This document shows positions 13,419 to 38,482 of a stretch of DNA of 64,000 bases, piece after piece. The notes below the pieces were generated by a model that was not told where the DNA came from, did no database searches, and was given only the letters and a program-made list of their open reading frames with translations. The position numbers and the translations under genes were made by a program. This DNA comes from Paraspadella gotoi (lineage: Eukaryota; Animalia; Chaetognatha). The stretch is from assembly GCA_051294375.1 (NCBI GenBank), contig CM119268.1, forward strand, positions 7,898,632 through 7,962,631, in the 5' to 3' direction. Positions within the stretch are counted from its first letter, which is position 1, and every line of letters begins with the position of its first letter.

Positions 13419-15380
13419 TATTCAGCACTTTCATTTTCTTCTCTATCATCCAAATGACAAAATCGGTTTTAACTTTTAATAAAATTGATCATTAGAACTG
13501 CTTTTTTTTTTCTGAGTTTCTAAAAGCGTCCACTATTTTCGAATTTCGCCCGAGTTAAGTTTTTCAATTGAATATTTATATAGTCTCTTTCAAATACTAT
13601 AGAAATACGTACGATTATTGTTTCAATAATCCTGTAATTAATCTTTCTTATGTAATAAGAAAAAGGTATAAGAAATCGACGACTGTCATATAAATGAATT
13701 AAATGAATGGATAATTTTTATATTGGTTGTACCAATTTCATAACAACATCTTCCTTCGAAGTCAATCATTAAAAAAACGACCACATTCATTTAAATGCAC
13801 CATTTTTGCAGTTGCGCTTTTTATCTCAATAGGGACACTGCTGAGGTTTAATTTCCCTAACTTAACTTGAGACGCGTAATAAGGGGTGTAATCAAAAGAT
13901 CAATTTTTTCCTTCAGATTCGGAAACGGCGATATTAAGAAACCACACCGAAAATGACGGCCATGTCTTTTTGGTCCTTGTAATCATCTCCGGTGAACTAA
14001 TAATTGACCCTCGCCCAAAGATCAACTGTTCCCAACTTCCGTCAAGTAAATCGCGATATATCGGCTTTGTTTTCGACCAATTTGAATCGTTGACGCGCGT
14101 AAGTTGACCCGACGTCTTTTTTTACGAAATAAATACAACTTACTCTCTCCGCTTCTTCCGGCTTCACTCTTGCTCGAGTAGAGACTGACCTTTGACCCGA
14201 CCTCAGCGTCTACTTCGATCTTAAGGTCATCGGAGTCGTTTCTGTCTCCACCACGCAGTCCTCCGCGTGGCCAACGTTNNNNNNNNNNNNNNNNNNNNNN
14301 NNNNNNNNNNNNNNNNNNNNNNNNNNNNNNNNNNNNNNNNNNNNNNNNNNNNNNNNNNNNNNNNNNNNNNNNNNNNNNNNNNNNNNNNNNNNNNNNNNNN
14401 NNNNNNNNNNNNNNNNNNNNNNNNNNNNNNNNNNNNNNNNNNNNNNNNNNNNNNNNNNNNNNNNNNNNNNNNNNNNNNNNNNNNNNNNNNNNNNNNNNNN
14501 NNNNNNNNNNNNNNNNNNNNNNNNNNNNNNNNNNNNNNNNNNNNNNNNNNNNNNNNNNNNNNNNNNNNNNNNNNNNNNNNNNNNNNNNNNNNNNNNNNNN
14601 NNNNNNNNNNNNNNNNNNNNNNNNNNNNNNNNNNNCGAGAGCCGCTGCCTCGACGCCAGAAGCGGCGTCGATAGAAGGCGTCGAGGAAACGCCCGGAGTC
14701 ATCGGCGTCGTCGCTGGCGTCGATAGGAATCAACACGGCGCTCTTGATTTGAAGNNNNNNNNNNNNNNNNNNNNNNNNNNNNNNNNNNNNNNNNNNNNNN
14801 NNNNNNNNNNNNNNNNNNNNNNNNNNNNNNNNNNNNNNNNNNNNNNNNNNNNNNNNNNNNNNNNNNNNNNNNNNNNNNNNNNNNNNNNNNNNNNNNNNNN
14901 NNNNNNNNNNNNNNNNNNNNNNNNNNNNNNNNNNNNNNNNNNNNNNNNNNNNNNNNNNNNNNNNNNNNNNNNNNNNNNNNNNNNNNNNNNNNNNNNNNNN
15001 NNNNNNNNNNNNNNNNNNNNNNNNNNNNNNNNNNNNNNNNNNNNNNNNNNNNNNNNNNNNNNNNNNNNNNNNNAAGCTAATTATTGCAACAAGATAATTT
15101 CCCACCTTTGGCTCCGGTCAATCCTGGAATTTTTGTAATACTTCTTTTAAAGCTCTTACTGATTTATGATTTGAATTTTTTCGAATGTTAAGATTTTTTA
15201 AATCATAAAAAAAAATCATAAAATAGATGCGAAAAAGTCGTTTTAAAAGTCGATGAAATGTCGGCAAAAATTATTTCTTGAATTAAAAGAAAAATTTAAT
15301 TTTTTTTTCTTTTTAAAATGGTCTGATTTAACAAGTTTTAGATTTGTTTAAATAANNNNNNNNNNNNNNNNNNNNNNNNN

Positions 15381-17300
15381 AAGAGAAGAGATTATTTTTT
15401 TTTAAATGGCTCGATGATTTAACAAGTTTTGATTTGTTTAATAGACAATTCGCCTCCACATAACAAATATATTTTGATGCACCAATAAACTGATTAAAAA
15501 CCGCTAGTATTGTCCTATGTCATCGGATGCGCGGGCTTTTGGCAAAAGATTTAGTGTAGCGCAAAGAAACCAAACTGATTTTCCGTCACATCATCTCACG
15601 CAGCGTCGAACCCGAAAGAAATTTAATAATAAATTACATACGTCTAAAAATGTTAATTCAACCTTATTTTTGTCTCTGATAGAAAATTAAACAATATTTA
15701 AAATCTGATGAACAAATATCTTAGAAGATCGACTTCAAAGTTGTTTGAAAATTTCAGTTATACGTCCCTGATGAATAAAAAGCAGGCAAAAAGTAATAAA
15801 TAAAATATCGAAGTTGTATTATCTTCCCACGAAATAATCTTTTAACGAATTTCTCTTTCACCGTGGAGTCGAGCTAAAAATCTTTCGGTCAATGCGGATC
15901 GTAATTGGATTTCTCACGCGTTAACCAATCCCCGGTTTCATCAAAGGTTAAATCCATTATCCAAAAAAACCTTAATATCGTTGATACAAAAACTCGTCAT
16001 TTAGAAAAAAAAAATTAAAACCATTAGAAAAGGTCCTTTGAAATGAACCATCGCTTCGGCGTATCGTTAGCGTGTTTCATATTTTTTTTAAAAAAAATCC
16101 ATATAGAAAAAAAAATTATTTCTCTCTTTGTTAATTATATTCCCCTTTTTAATCAATTAATTAATTGGTCAATTCGCTTCCCTGGACAACCGCCTGCCAC
16201 GAAGGAGACCAGAGAGAATATTTAAATCAGTTTAAATATAAAAAAAAAATTAAAAAACACTTTTTTCTGATTGAATTTGTTATCCTCTCTCTCTCTCTCT
16301 CNNNNNNNNNNNNNNNNNNNNNNNNNAAGAGAAGAGATTATTTTTTTTTAAATGGCTCGATGATTTAACAAGTTTTGATTTGTTTAATAGACAATTCGCC
16401 TCCACATAACAAATATATTTTGATGCACCAATAAACTGATTAAAAACCGCTAGTATTGTCCTATGTCATCGGATGCGCGGGCTTTTGGCAAAAGATTTAG
16501 TGTAGCGCAAAGAAACCAAACTGATTTTCCGTCACATCATCTCACGCAGCGTCGAACCCGAAAGAAATTTAATAATAAATTACATACGTCTAAAAATGTT
16601 AATTCAACCTTATTTTTGTCTCTGATAGAAAATTAAACAATATTTAAAATCTGATGAACAAATATCTTAAGACAGATCGACTTCAAAGTTGTTTGAAAAA
16701 TTTAAAAGTTATAACGTCCCTGTGAATCACAAAAGTAGGCAAAAAAATAATAAATAAAATATCGAAAGTCTGAATTATCTTCCCCACGCAATAATACTTT
16801 TTAAAACGAATTTGCTCTTTTCCAGGCCGTAAATTCCCTGTAAGTCCGAGCCTAAAAAATCTTCGGTCAATGCGGATCGTAATTGGATTTCTCACACCAC
16901 GCGTTAACCACGATCCCCCGGTTATCATCAAGGTTAAAATGCCATTATAGCCAAAAAACCTTAATATCGTTGATCACAATAAACTCGTCATTTAGAAAAA
17001 GAAAAATATAAAACCATCTAGAAAAGGTCCTTTGAAATGAAACCCAATCAGCTTCGGCGTATCGTTAAGCAGTGTTTCCATATTTTTTTTTTTTTTTAAA
17101 TCACATATAGAAAAAAAATCGTATTTCTCTTCTCTTGTTAATTTCAATTCCAGCCTTTATTAATCAAATTAATTAACTGGTCAATTAGCTTTCCCTGGAG
17201 CAACCGCCCTGCCACGAAGGAGACAAGAGAGAATATTTAAATCAGTTTAAATATAACAAAAAAATTAAAACACTTTTTTTCCTGATTGAATTTGTTATCC

Positions 17301-17336
<36 letters not shown>

Positions 17337-17625
17337 CTCTGTCACGGTCTCTCACGATCCGTCGGTCAAAGGAAAGAAGAGTAAGTTTTTTTTATTACAT
17401 GGCAATATTTTTTTAAAAAATTTAAATAAGTAAGAATCTCATAATCATATTCACTGTCTCGGCTCGTTCGCTCACGCCTCTCGCTCTCTATCACGCTCAA
17501 ACACTCTCAAATGTTTTATGGTTATTAGAACAATTAATCGATTGAGAGAAAAATATTACCTGAACGTTAGTGGTCGAACGGTTGGAACGGGGGATTAATT
17601 TATGGATAACTTCGTTATTATGGTG

Positions 17626-17667
<42 letters not shown>

Positions 17668-20363
17668 ATAATTAAAGAAGAGAAAGGAAAAAGGAAATAT
17701 ACTTTGAGGGTCAGGTACTAGAGTAAATGATTTAACTATTAGCCCTTATTAATTTAATTTTATACCCTTACTTAGTTTTGCATGGAGATTGGATATTACA
17801 GTTAGGTAAAATTTGAACATTTAAAGAATACGTAGCTCAGACTTCTGTTTACGTCTTTGGAAAAAAAGCTTAAGCGGCGACTTTTTTTATATTTTCAAAC
17901 CCAATTCAAATTAAAAACTTAAAATCAAGTGCGATAAACTCACAAACTCACACTCGTATGTTAACATAAAAATAATAAAAATGAAAATAAATAAGCATTT
18001 AAGATTTGTTATTTGCTTCCGGAACGGGAGTAATTCGATTTATTTGTCATTCGAAATGTTTAGCCGTTTGTGGAATAACTGAGCCAATATCCGCTTCTTT
18101 CTTGACAACGAGTCATGAATTCTTTTCTGAGTATAGTAGATGATTGGTCGTTTTCTTTTAATTCGTATTTTGAAATTACGTGAAAAGAGGCTTGCTGCAA
18201 TATGCTATTCATTTTTACAAATCGGTTTGTTGAGAAAAAGAGAGACGAGAGAGAGAAAGAGAGTTTGTGTGTGTCTGAAGGAAGATCCAGAAAAANNNNN
18301 NNNNNNNNNNNNNNNNNNNNTCAGGATCCGGGGATGACTTTGTGGTTAAGGAAAAAAGTTTATTTTGTATACGCAAAGAAGTAACCATATGATCTTCCTT
18401 CACTAATCTCGCGCTACCGACACCCCGAAAAGAAAATCTTAATAATAAAGTATACATACGTCTTAAATGATAATACTTATTTTGTCTCTGATGAAGATAA
18501 AAGAAATATTTATAAACATCTGTATGAACAAAATATCTTAAGTAAAATCGACTTTCAAAGTTCGTTTTGGAAAAATTTAATTGTATTACGTCCTGATGCA
18601 TTAAAAGACGCCCGCAAACCCCACTAATAATAATAATAATATCGAGTGTGAATTTATCTTCTCACGAAATAATCTTTACTACGAAAATTTCTCTTATTCA
18701 GCCGTTAAGAATCACCTGTAGTCGCTTAAAAAATCTTTCGGTCAATTATGACGTATTCGTAATTGGATTTTTTTTTCTCACGCGTATTAACCAATCCCCG
18801 TTTCATCAAAGATAGTTAAATCCATTACTCCAAAAAAAAAAACCTTAATATTCGTGAAACAAAAAACTCGTCATTTAGAAAAAAAAAATTAAAACCATTA
18901 GAAAATAAAGTGTCCTTTTGAAATGAACCTCGCTTTCGGAACGTATCTATATAGTGCGTGTATCTTTCATAATTTTTTTTTTTTTTTTTTTTTAAAATCC
19001 ATTAGTAGAAAAAAAAAACATATATTTTCTCCTTTTTAATTATATTCTTCCTTTTTAAATCAATAGATTTAATGACGTCAATTCGCTTCCCTGTGAGCAA
19101 CCCGGCTCACAACGCAAAAGTGAGACCATGATATGAGGAATATTTTAAATTCATGTTTAAATATAAAATAAAAAAAAAATTAAAAACAACCTTTTTTCTG
19201 ATTGAAATTTGTATCCTCTTCTCTCTCTCTCTTCTCTTCTCTTCTCTCCTCTCTCTCTCTTTCTCTTCTCTCTCTCTCTCTCTCACTCTCTCTCATCTCT
19301 ACTGCCTGCCTTGTCACGCGGTCTCTCACGATCCGTCGGTCTAAGAGGAAAAGAAGAGTAAGTTTTTTTTTATACATGGGCAATATTTTTTTCAAAAAAA
19401 ATTTTTAAATAAGTAAGAAATCTCATAATCATATTCACGTGTCTCGCGCTGCAAGTTCGTTGCTCACGGCCTCTCGCTCTCTATCCACGCCTCAAACACT
19501 TCTCAAATGTTTTTATGTTATTTTAGAAGAAATTAATCGATTGAGAGCAGAAAAATATATTACCTGAACGTCAGTGGGTCGAACGGTTGGAACGTGGGGG
19601 ATTAAATTATGGGAATAACTTTCGTATTATGTTGAGAGAGGGAAAGAGAGAAGAGAGAGAGAGAGAGAGAAGAAGAGAAGAGAGAGAGAGGAATAATTAA
19701 AGAAGTGAGAAAGGACAAAATAGCGAATATACTTGAAGGGTCAGTAGCTAGCGAGTAAATTGATTTTAACTCACTATTACCGTATTTAACTATTAGCTTA
19801 TAATAAATATACCCTTACTTAGTTGCATGTGAGCATTGGATATTTACAGTTAGGTTAAAATTTGAACATTTAAGAATACGTACTCAGACTTTCTGTTTTA
19901 CGTCTTTGGAAAAAAAAGCTTATAGAGCGGCGACCTTTTTTTATTTTCTAAACCCTTACAAATTTAAAAACTTAAAAATCAGTGCGATAACTCCACAACT
20001 CACAACTCGTCTATATGTTAACATAAAAATAATTAAAAATGAAAATAAAATAAGCATTTAAGATTTGTTATTTGCTTCCGACGGGAGTTATTCGATTTAT
20101 TTGTCATTCGAAATGTTTAGCCCGTTTGTGGAATAACTGAGCCAATTTTCCGCTTCTTTCTTGACTAACGCATGCATTCTTTTCTGTAGTCTATATAGAT
20201 TGGATTGTGTTTTTTTTAATCGTATTTTGTAAATACGTGAAAAGAGGTTGCTAGCCAATATGTATTCATTTTTTACCAATCCCGGTTTGTTGAGAAAAAG
20301 ATGAGCCACCCCGAGAAGAAGAAAGAGAGTTTGTGTTAGTGTGTCGAAGGAAGACCCCCAGAA
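15381..20363. repeat. Triplicated block, probably an assembly artefact
   Basis: 15381-16301 is repeated from 16327, and ~16470-18295 is repeated at ~18321-20363. Copies are separated by short N gaps and differ mainly by scattered single-base indels. Confidence 0.8.
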
Positions 20364-22360
20364 AATTGTGATAGAGGTATCGGTGGTATAGGTTATCATT
20401 TTGTTAAAATCGGTCATTGAAAAATGAAGAGAAAGAGAGAGCGAGAGAGAGGAGAGAGAAGAGACAGAGAGAACGAGAAGAAGAGAAAGAGAGATGAGAG
20501 AGAGAGAAGGAGAGAGACACGGAGTGTCCCTCTAGACCTTCTCGTTGGCAGAAATGGAAAGTTAAACCTCAGTTTTGTTGTTTTTTGGCCACTTAAGTCG
20601 CAGTGCCTTGGCGTCAGAGAACGAAAGCACGAAACGGCCTCCGTGGTTGCGTGGCAGTGGCGGCGAGCCGTCCGGAGTGGAACTAGCGATTCGTAGAGAG
20701 ACGAGAGAGGAGAGAGAACGAGAGGAGAGACGACGAGAGATGAGAGAAAGAGAAGATGAGAAGAGAGAGAGAGATTGTCCATGATTTCATGAATACCCTT
20801 CATTCCTTCTTAAAAGATAAGAAAGCGCGGACTCTACAGGCTCACTGGGACTCACTCTTGAATGTCTACCAATGAAGTCGTATAATATTTCTATGAAACT
20901 GTTCTTTCCGCTTTTGGGTTTTAATAAAAGATATTTGTGACGAGACTGGTGATGTAATTCTTGCCTAAGAAAGTTCGAATCCCGTTGCTATCCTCTCATC
21001 CGACATTCCGACGCTGCTGCAGCCGTCGGCCGCCAGCCCCAGCCGCCACCCGCCGCCACCTGCCAACGTAATCGATTGCCTCTCTTGCATCGTCGGAGTT
21101 TCCCGATCAGCACGAAAACTCTGAGTTCATGCGAAATTACCTAGTTACGAAAACAAATCTCCAGTAAAACAAACACGCAGTTTGGACGGTGCGGGCGCGG
21201 TCCCGGTGGCGCGGCTAGGGCCTGCTGGATTCTTGGCTCCGGCACTGGCTCTGCAACCGGTAGCCCCCCTCATCAAACCTACCCCGGTCACGGGCAAGGC
21301 TATACAGCACACTTTTGAGGCTGAGGCTCTCAAATTGTTATTTTTTTTTAGATTCCGTTTCCATTTTTTTCCCGGGATCCTTATCGTGGATCAAGTCCGA
21401 GAATCGTGCCGATATAAGAGAACTTTATCTATTTATTCTTTTGTTTAGTCAAATACTGAGAATATACCCAAAAACTTCTGCCGATGAAGGAGCGACATGC
21501 TTGTCACCGAAGATTTGTTTTTGCACGAAAAAAGAAAACACATAACACTAAGTAAGAAATAGCCCTTCTGTTACGGTTTTTCTTTTACTTTTTCTGTCAG
21601 ACGTTGAAGTTAAACTAATATTTATCTTTCGCGACCGCCGAAGTCTAGAAAAAAAAACTTTTTTCTCTGTATCGTTTGACATTCATATCCTATTATCTCG
21701 TTATTTTCACAACGTAAATATTTGATCGCTCCGCCTTCCATCGCTTCGTTTAGAAGAGGGAGGTTTTTGAACGATTGGGACTAGTTTTAAAATAATTAGT
21801 CAACAAATTTTAAACACGACAAAACTTTTTTACCCTGCTATATATATAGCAATTTTATCCGAATAAATGTGTTAATTCCCTATTGCGTGAAGAGAATTAG
21901 GTAATTTTTTAACAACTCTTTCTTAAACATATATTGCTTATATTTTTTTTCAAAAATTCCCTCAACTTTTCTCCTTATTCCCCGTTCTCGGTTTTGCCGT
22001 AAAGCGACTAGTGAAAAATTTTCGCGCTCGGCTTAAACCCTCTTCCCGAATCGTGAAGGCGGGCTCGAGCGGCTTTCAAGTCGTTTAAGCGGATTTATTT
22101 TCATAAATACGAGCGAATTTTAACGGCGAGACTTCATTTGAGAAACGTGGTCAGAGAAGACGGCGACGGCGACGACGACGATGACGACGACGAAAAATTA
22201 GACGCGACGAAAACGAAGTCGATAATGGAGACGTTACGTTGAGCAACGAGCGAGCGGCTGCGTGTGCTTGGTGCGAATGGAATTAAATCTCATTTTTCGT
22301 TCCTTAATTTATCAAAAAATGATTTTGTGTTGTTCGTTTGTTTTTTTTATTTTTTGAACC

Positions 22361-32769
<10,409 letters not shown>

Positions 32770-35106
32770 TGATGATTTTTCAAACGAGAATACAGCTACA
32801 TTCGGGAGAATTCGATGTACTGAAGTTACATCCGGAATTTAAAAGACAAGATGACAACTTTTGGAGTTTATATTGAGATGGAAACGTCGAGAGTGACTTT
32901 CTTATTCGTTGTTTCCATTTTTAAAGCTGAAAAAAAATAAACGTTTATTTTTCCTTGCGTCGATTTCGACTTTGCGCAAAAGTTTATATTCTATAAATCG
33001 ATTCCAAGTACCTAAAACTCTACTAAAATTATTAAAAATTTCATTTCTATACCTTTGTAGTTCGAAAAAAAAATATCATTAAAAATTCTCTACGAATTGA
33101 TAAATAAAGTTTAAGAGAGCATGCAGAAAGTACTTGCTATATCGATCGCGTGATGTGCATGTGCCATTTGACAATATCTTAATCAATTCTCCCCTGGCTC
33201 CGTTTTCTATTCGATATCTGTCTGATATCTGTCCTCTTTCAGTTTCGTTTTTTTTTTTTTTACTTTGATTCTTGCATCTTTTCTTGTATAATTTTCCTGT
33301 TTTTCTCTCTTAACATTTTTTTCCTTTTTATCTTTCCTTCTTTTTTTTTTCTTTTTACTCGGTTTTTAATCTTGAGATTCTTTTACCTACGATTGAGGGA
33401 TAACCTTTCTTTCTTGTATTTTACTTATTTAAGTATTTAATTTTTCATTTCTTTTAATCTGTCTTTTGTTTTTTAATTGACGAATTTGTCAACTTTTTCA
33501 AAAAAACCATTCTAAAGTTTTTTTTAAACACTAGTCAAATTTTTTTTAAATAAAAAAATAGTAGCAAAAAAATGCGTAGCTTTTTCTAGTCCACTAGTTT
33601 ATTATTAACATGATAGCGAATTTAAATAACTTTTGTTCCTACAGTATTATTTGAATTATTGCCATACAAAAAAATTTTTTCTCACACTCGCTTATCATTT
33701 GTGTGTAATTTGATTTTGTGAACTAAAGAACGCATTATGTCTTGGGGTTTGTAATTATTTATTTCATTTTTTTATGTGAAGTTTCTTTCCTGATATGAAT
33801 ATTGAATAATAAATATAATGATTACGTTTACTATCGATTATTATGAAACATATTAGGTACTAGGTAGCTGCTTTGAGGTATAAAAGTAGTTTGCTGTCGT
33901 TGAACTTTCAGAAACTCATGATGAGCTCAGTTTTGGTATTAAATTTGTATAACTAAAATAAATATTATCCATTCATTCTATAAATAAGGTATATTGCCCG
34001 ACTTTGGGCAGGCTCTGGTGGGTTACTAAGGCCTTTATCCCTCTTACAAGATGATATGATTGATTCAATATTTCATGAGTTCAGTTTGCTAGTTCATATT
34101 ATCATACAAACGTTCATTTCATTCAAACGTTTATCGTCACGATCCTTAAATTGTCTCCAATTTTCTTTTTTCCTTCTTTTAGATTTCGATTGAGTGATGT
34201 TCTGTTCGGTTGCTTATTGCTTGTTTTAAGCTTTAAAAAAAATTAGTTAATATTAATTGAAAATCAAATACATACTTTACCGCATTAAAATGAAACAGAT
34301 CTTTAAATCCTATTCTGCTCATTGAAAACATTTATTCTCAATTATATTCATAGTTAAGTCAATGGCGAATCAAAACGGGCACTCAACTAACCGTTTCGCG
34401 CCGCCACTGGTCTCGAGTTTCTTTTTTTTACCTCGATTTCCTCCGAACAAAAGAACGCGCAATTTTTTTTATTGAGTTCGATGATCGACGCCGAATCTTG
34501 GCGCCGAATCTCTTTGTCAAAATATTCTTTTTTTTTCGCCGAATCGGGATAAAGATCGCGTTTCCCAGACTTTGGGAAAAAAAAGAAAGAAAATTTGGAA
34601 ACGAGTTTCAATTTCGGAAATCGTCATCGAGAGGCTCTTTCCTTCCTTTTGTCGTCGTCGTCGTCGTCGATATCGTCGTCGTCGCGTCACAAAAGATGGC
34701 ATCTTTCTTCCCTTTCAATGTCGTCGGCATCATCGCCGGTTATCTGTGTTGTAATCAGATGATACTTTCGATCGCATTCTTAGTGAGTTATAGTCATTCT
34801 CAATTTGTCTGTCACAACGATTTTTCAAAGTATTTGGCAATTGGCATAAAGTTACAGGAATAAAAGCGTTTAAATACGTTTTTCCCAGCAATCGACGCGA
34901 CGTTGACGTTGAAGAAAATGACAACGACGATGACGACGACGTCGACGATGACGACGACGATGACGACGACTCTGAATGAAAGGCGCCATCGCAGATCGAA
35001 TATCGATTTCGATTCGATTTCCAGTTTCGAAAATTTCTGACGGGTGATGGAATTCCTTTCTCTGACTCACCTTTTATTCTTGCTGTCTGTCTGTCTCTCT
35101 TTCCGT

Positions 35107-35210
<104 letters not shown>

Positions 35211-35513
35211 ACCATTTCTCTTTTCCTTTTCCCATTTCCCCCTAACATCCACCTATCCCCCTCACTCTAACTTACCCGCGATCCTCACCTCGGAGACGGG
35301 CGATCGTTTCACGCCACGTCGCCCGCCCGTCACGACTAATCAGGCGGGGAAGTCGTTGGTCGGCGACGGACGAGACGATGAGTGACAGGCGAGCGAGATC
35401 GAGTGGACAGGCGATAGATGGCGAAGCCGGGTTGTCGCTTCCAGTCAGAGAGAGATAGAGAGAGAGAGAACCGTTTTGTTTTCATTCTCCGTCGATAATT
35501 GATAACTTGGGGG

Positions 35514-35616
<103 letters not shown>

Positions 35617-37183
35617 ATGATAATGATGATGATAGGGTTCTAAAATTGAATATCAAAGCAGAAAAATATCGGGATAACGACGACGAAAATTTTGTATCTT
35701 TATAAATTTTATAAATTTACACAAAAATTTCAGCTTGAATTATCGTAATTCTATTTTTTATCAACTCACTATAAATTGTAGATTTCTTTTTAGGTATGAA
35801 TTATTATGTCAAATACGCACATCAAAACACTTAGTTGCTCCCAGTTTACGAATATCACGACTTCCGTAATTGTTTCACTAATCACTATTATTCCACATAT
35901 CATCGCTTTTCCCGATCAACCCCGACCCCTTCCCCCGTCCCCTCCCCCGACCCCTTCCCCCTTCCCCTTCCCCCTTCCCCGGTCCTCTTCCCCCGTCCCC
36001 TCCCCCCGTCCCCTCCCCCTACTGAACTTCCCTTATCTCGATAATTTTCTCTTCCTCTAAATTGTCTTTCTCCTCGACCGCACAAGAGTCCGACATTCAC
36101 CCCGACGTAATTTCATCTTTCACTAATTCATTTTTCGACTCAGTAATTTGTGACATTCACCTTAGCACAGAATGTTCGAGCAACCATACAATATTTTTTA
36201 ACGGTGTTATAACGTCGCACACAAATTTTCAAATCGCCGCCATTCTTTTTAAAATCTAAAAAAAAAACTTAACTTTATAAATAATAATATTAATAATAAT
36301 AATAAAACTTCTCCCGCCCTCATCCGACTATAAAATATTTGAACTCTTCTCATTCGGTGACGGGGTCTTCACCGCTCGTCAACGTCTCTACCTCCCCGAA
36401 AACTCCTTCACCACCCTCAAAACTTCTCCACCCCCCAATGTCCCCCTTCTGATTCCCCCCTATAAACTCGAGACCCTCCCCTTCAAAAACGTCGCCTCGA
36501 ATTAAAACCGATCCGCGAAACACAAAAAAAAAAAAAATTAGATAAAAATCCCAAGAAAAAAAGATTTTGAATAAAAAAAAAAGTAGAAAAAAGAAAAAAA
36601 AAGAATCTTCTTGTTTTTGTAACCGAAGTAAAACTGGAATTTGTTGTCATTGAGACGAAGAAAGGCGGAGACAGGAGAAGTAATCTTGTATTCGCTGCCT
36701 TTTTAGGATGATGACGATGAACGAGGACGAACGAGAATGACGAATGACGACGAACATGAAAGACGAACGACGACGACGACGACGACGACGAATGACAATG
36801 ATAGAAAAGGACGAACTACTGCAAAGGACGGCGATGGACGACGAGAACTGTCGACAACGAATGACGACGACGACGACGACGAACAGCGACAATGACGACG
36901 AACAACGAGGACGAAGAACCACGTCGACCAACGATTATTATGCGTTTTCGTGAGACCGGGGGTTTATTTTTTTCTCCCCAATTAACTCGAATAATTTTGA
37001 CGATGATGTTGCTCGGCGTCGACGGTGAAACGTCTCTACGTGGACGACGAGGTTCGGAGATCTTCGTCCGGATGTGCTGGTGACGCTTCCGATCTCGAGG
37101 ATCGTTAACGTAATTATCTTTCAAAAGATCGTTGACAACATAAAAACAATTTCTTGTTTCACATAATTTTATTGAATTTTGTA

Positions 37184-37772
37184 CGGTAAGGCGTAGTAAA
37201 ATTTTTAAATTTAACTTTAATTAAAAATTCTAAAAGTGAGGAACGAACAACATTATCTTAATGAACATTTATGTAATAAAAAAATTTATAATAAATTTTA
37301 CAATTTATGCAGTAGGCCATATTTATACTAGTACTAAACCAATAAATGTTAAAATTTTCAAAACAGTTTTTTCTAAGATTTTTCAAAAAGAAATATAACT
37401 CTTTTTGAAAAATTCCTTCATTAAGTAGGTCAAAAATTAGAAAAGCTATATTTTAAGCTGAAATTAACTTTTTATATATTAAATATAGTTTTTTTAATTT
37501 TTATCCTACTTAATGAAAGAATTTTTTAAAAATGATTTATATTTTCCTTTATCAACTTTGGACGAGGAATTCAAATCTGCAATCAAAATTAAGAAAAAGC
37601 TTATTTTGAAATTTTTCGATTTTATAAGGATAGTACTATATATAAATATAGCCTACTGCGAAAATTAAAAAACATAAAATTAATTTTTTTTACAAATTAA
37701 TGTTCACTGATGGTATGTTGTTCATAATTGACTATTAGAATTTTTGTATGTAACTTTCACTACGCCTTATTG
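37184..37772. mobile_element. Foldback-type MITE, TA target site (Tc1/mariner-like)
   Basis: Termini CGGTAAGGCGTAGT...ACTACGCCTTATTG flanked by TA. Inverted symmetry continues to the centre (GCAGTAGGC/GCCTACTGC; TTCATTAAGTAGG/CCTACTTAATGAA). Confidence 0.8.
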
Positions 37773-37907
37773 TACGGGGTTAGCCATTTGTATCCAAATA
37801 CTCATCATTTTCGAAAGTCGTTCAAATGTCCGTAATAAAATTAAGGTTGACATGGCGGGGACAAATCAGGGGAATAACAACAACAACAACATCGAGACAC
37901 CGACGAT

Positions 37908-37947
<40 letters not shown>

Positions 37948-38083
37948 AATCCCGACGGCTCTCGGGAGGAAAGAAGAACCCAGAAACGAATTCTGTTGAA
38001 AGAAATGCATTAGGAAATTCAAAAGGTGGAAATGGAGGAATGGAGTTTTCGCTAAACCCTTATCATTCTTCTCTTTCTTTCTC

Positions 38084-38135
<52 letters not shown>

Positions 38136-38448
38136 TTTTCTTTCTTTTATTTCCGCTTTCATCGTCTCGTCCTTCCTTCCTTTCCGATTTTTTTTTATAT
38201 TTTCGCTGTCTTCGTAATTCTTCTTTTTTATTCGAGGGTTATCTTTATCACAATATATTTTATTGGTTATCATTTTGTCGAAATCCATCATCCCTAAAGT
38301 TTTATTAACATTTTACATTTTTTTGTCCTCTTTCGGTTTCTTACTTTCTCTCTTTTTTTATTTTTCTTTTTCTTTTTTTTTTCTTCTTTCTTAATTTTTC
38401 TTTGTCTCTAACTTCTTTTTTTTGTGAATTCTTTATTTCTTTATTTTT

Positions 38449-38482
<34 letters not shown>

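Noticed and set aside
15381-20363. Genuine tandem enhancer amplification upstream of Six3/6
   Set aside because: N-gap junctions and indel-dominated differences point to redundant assembly.
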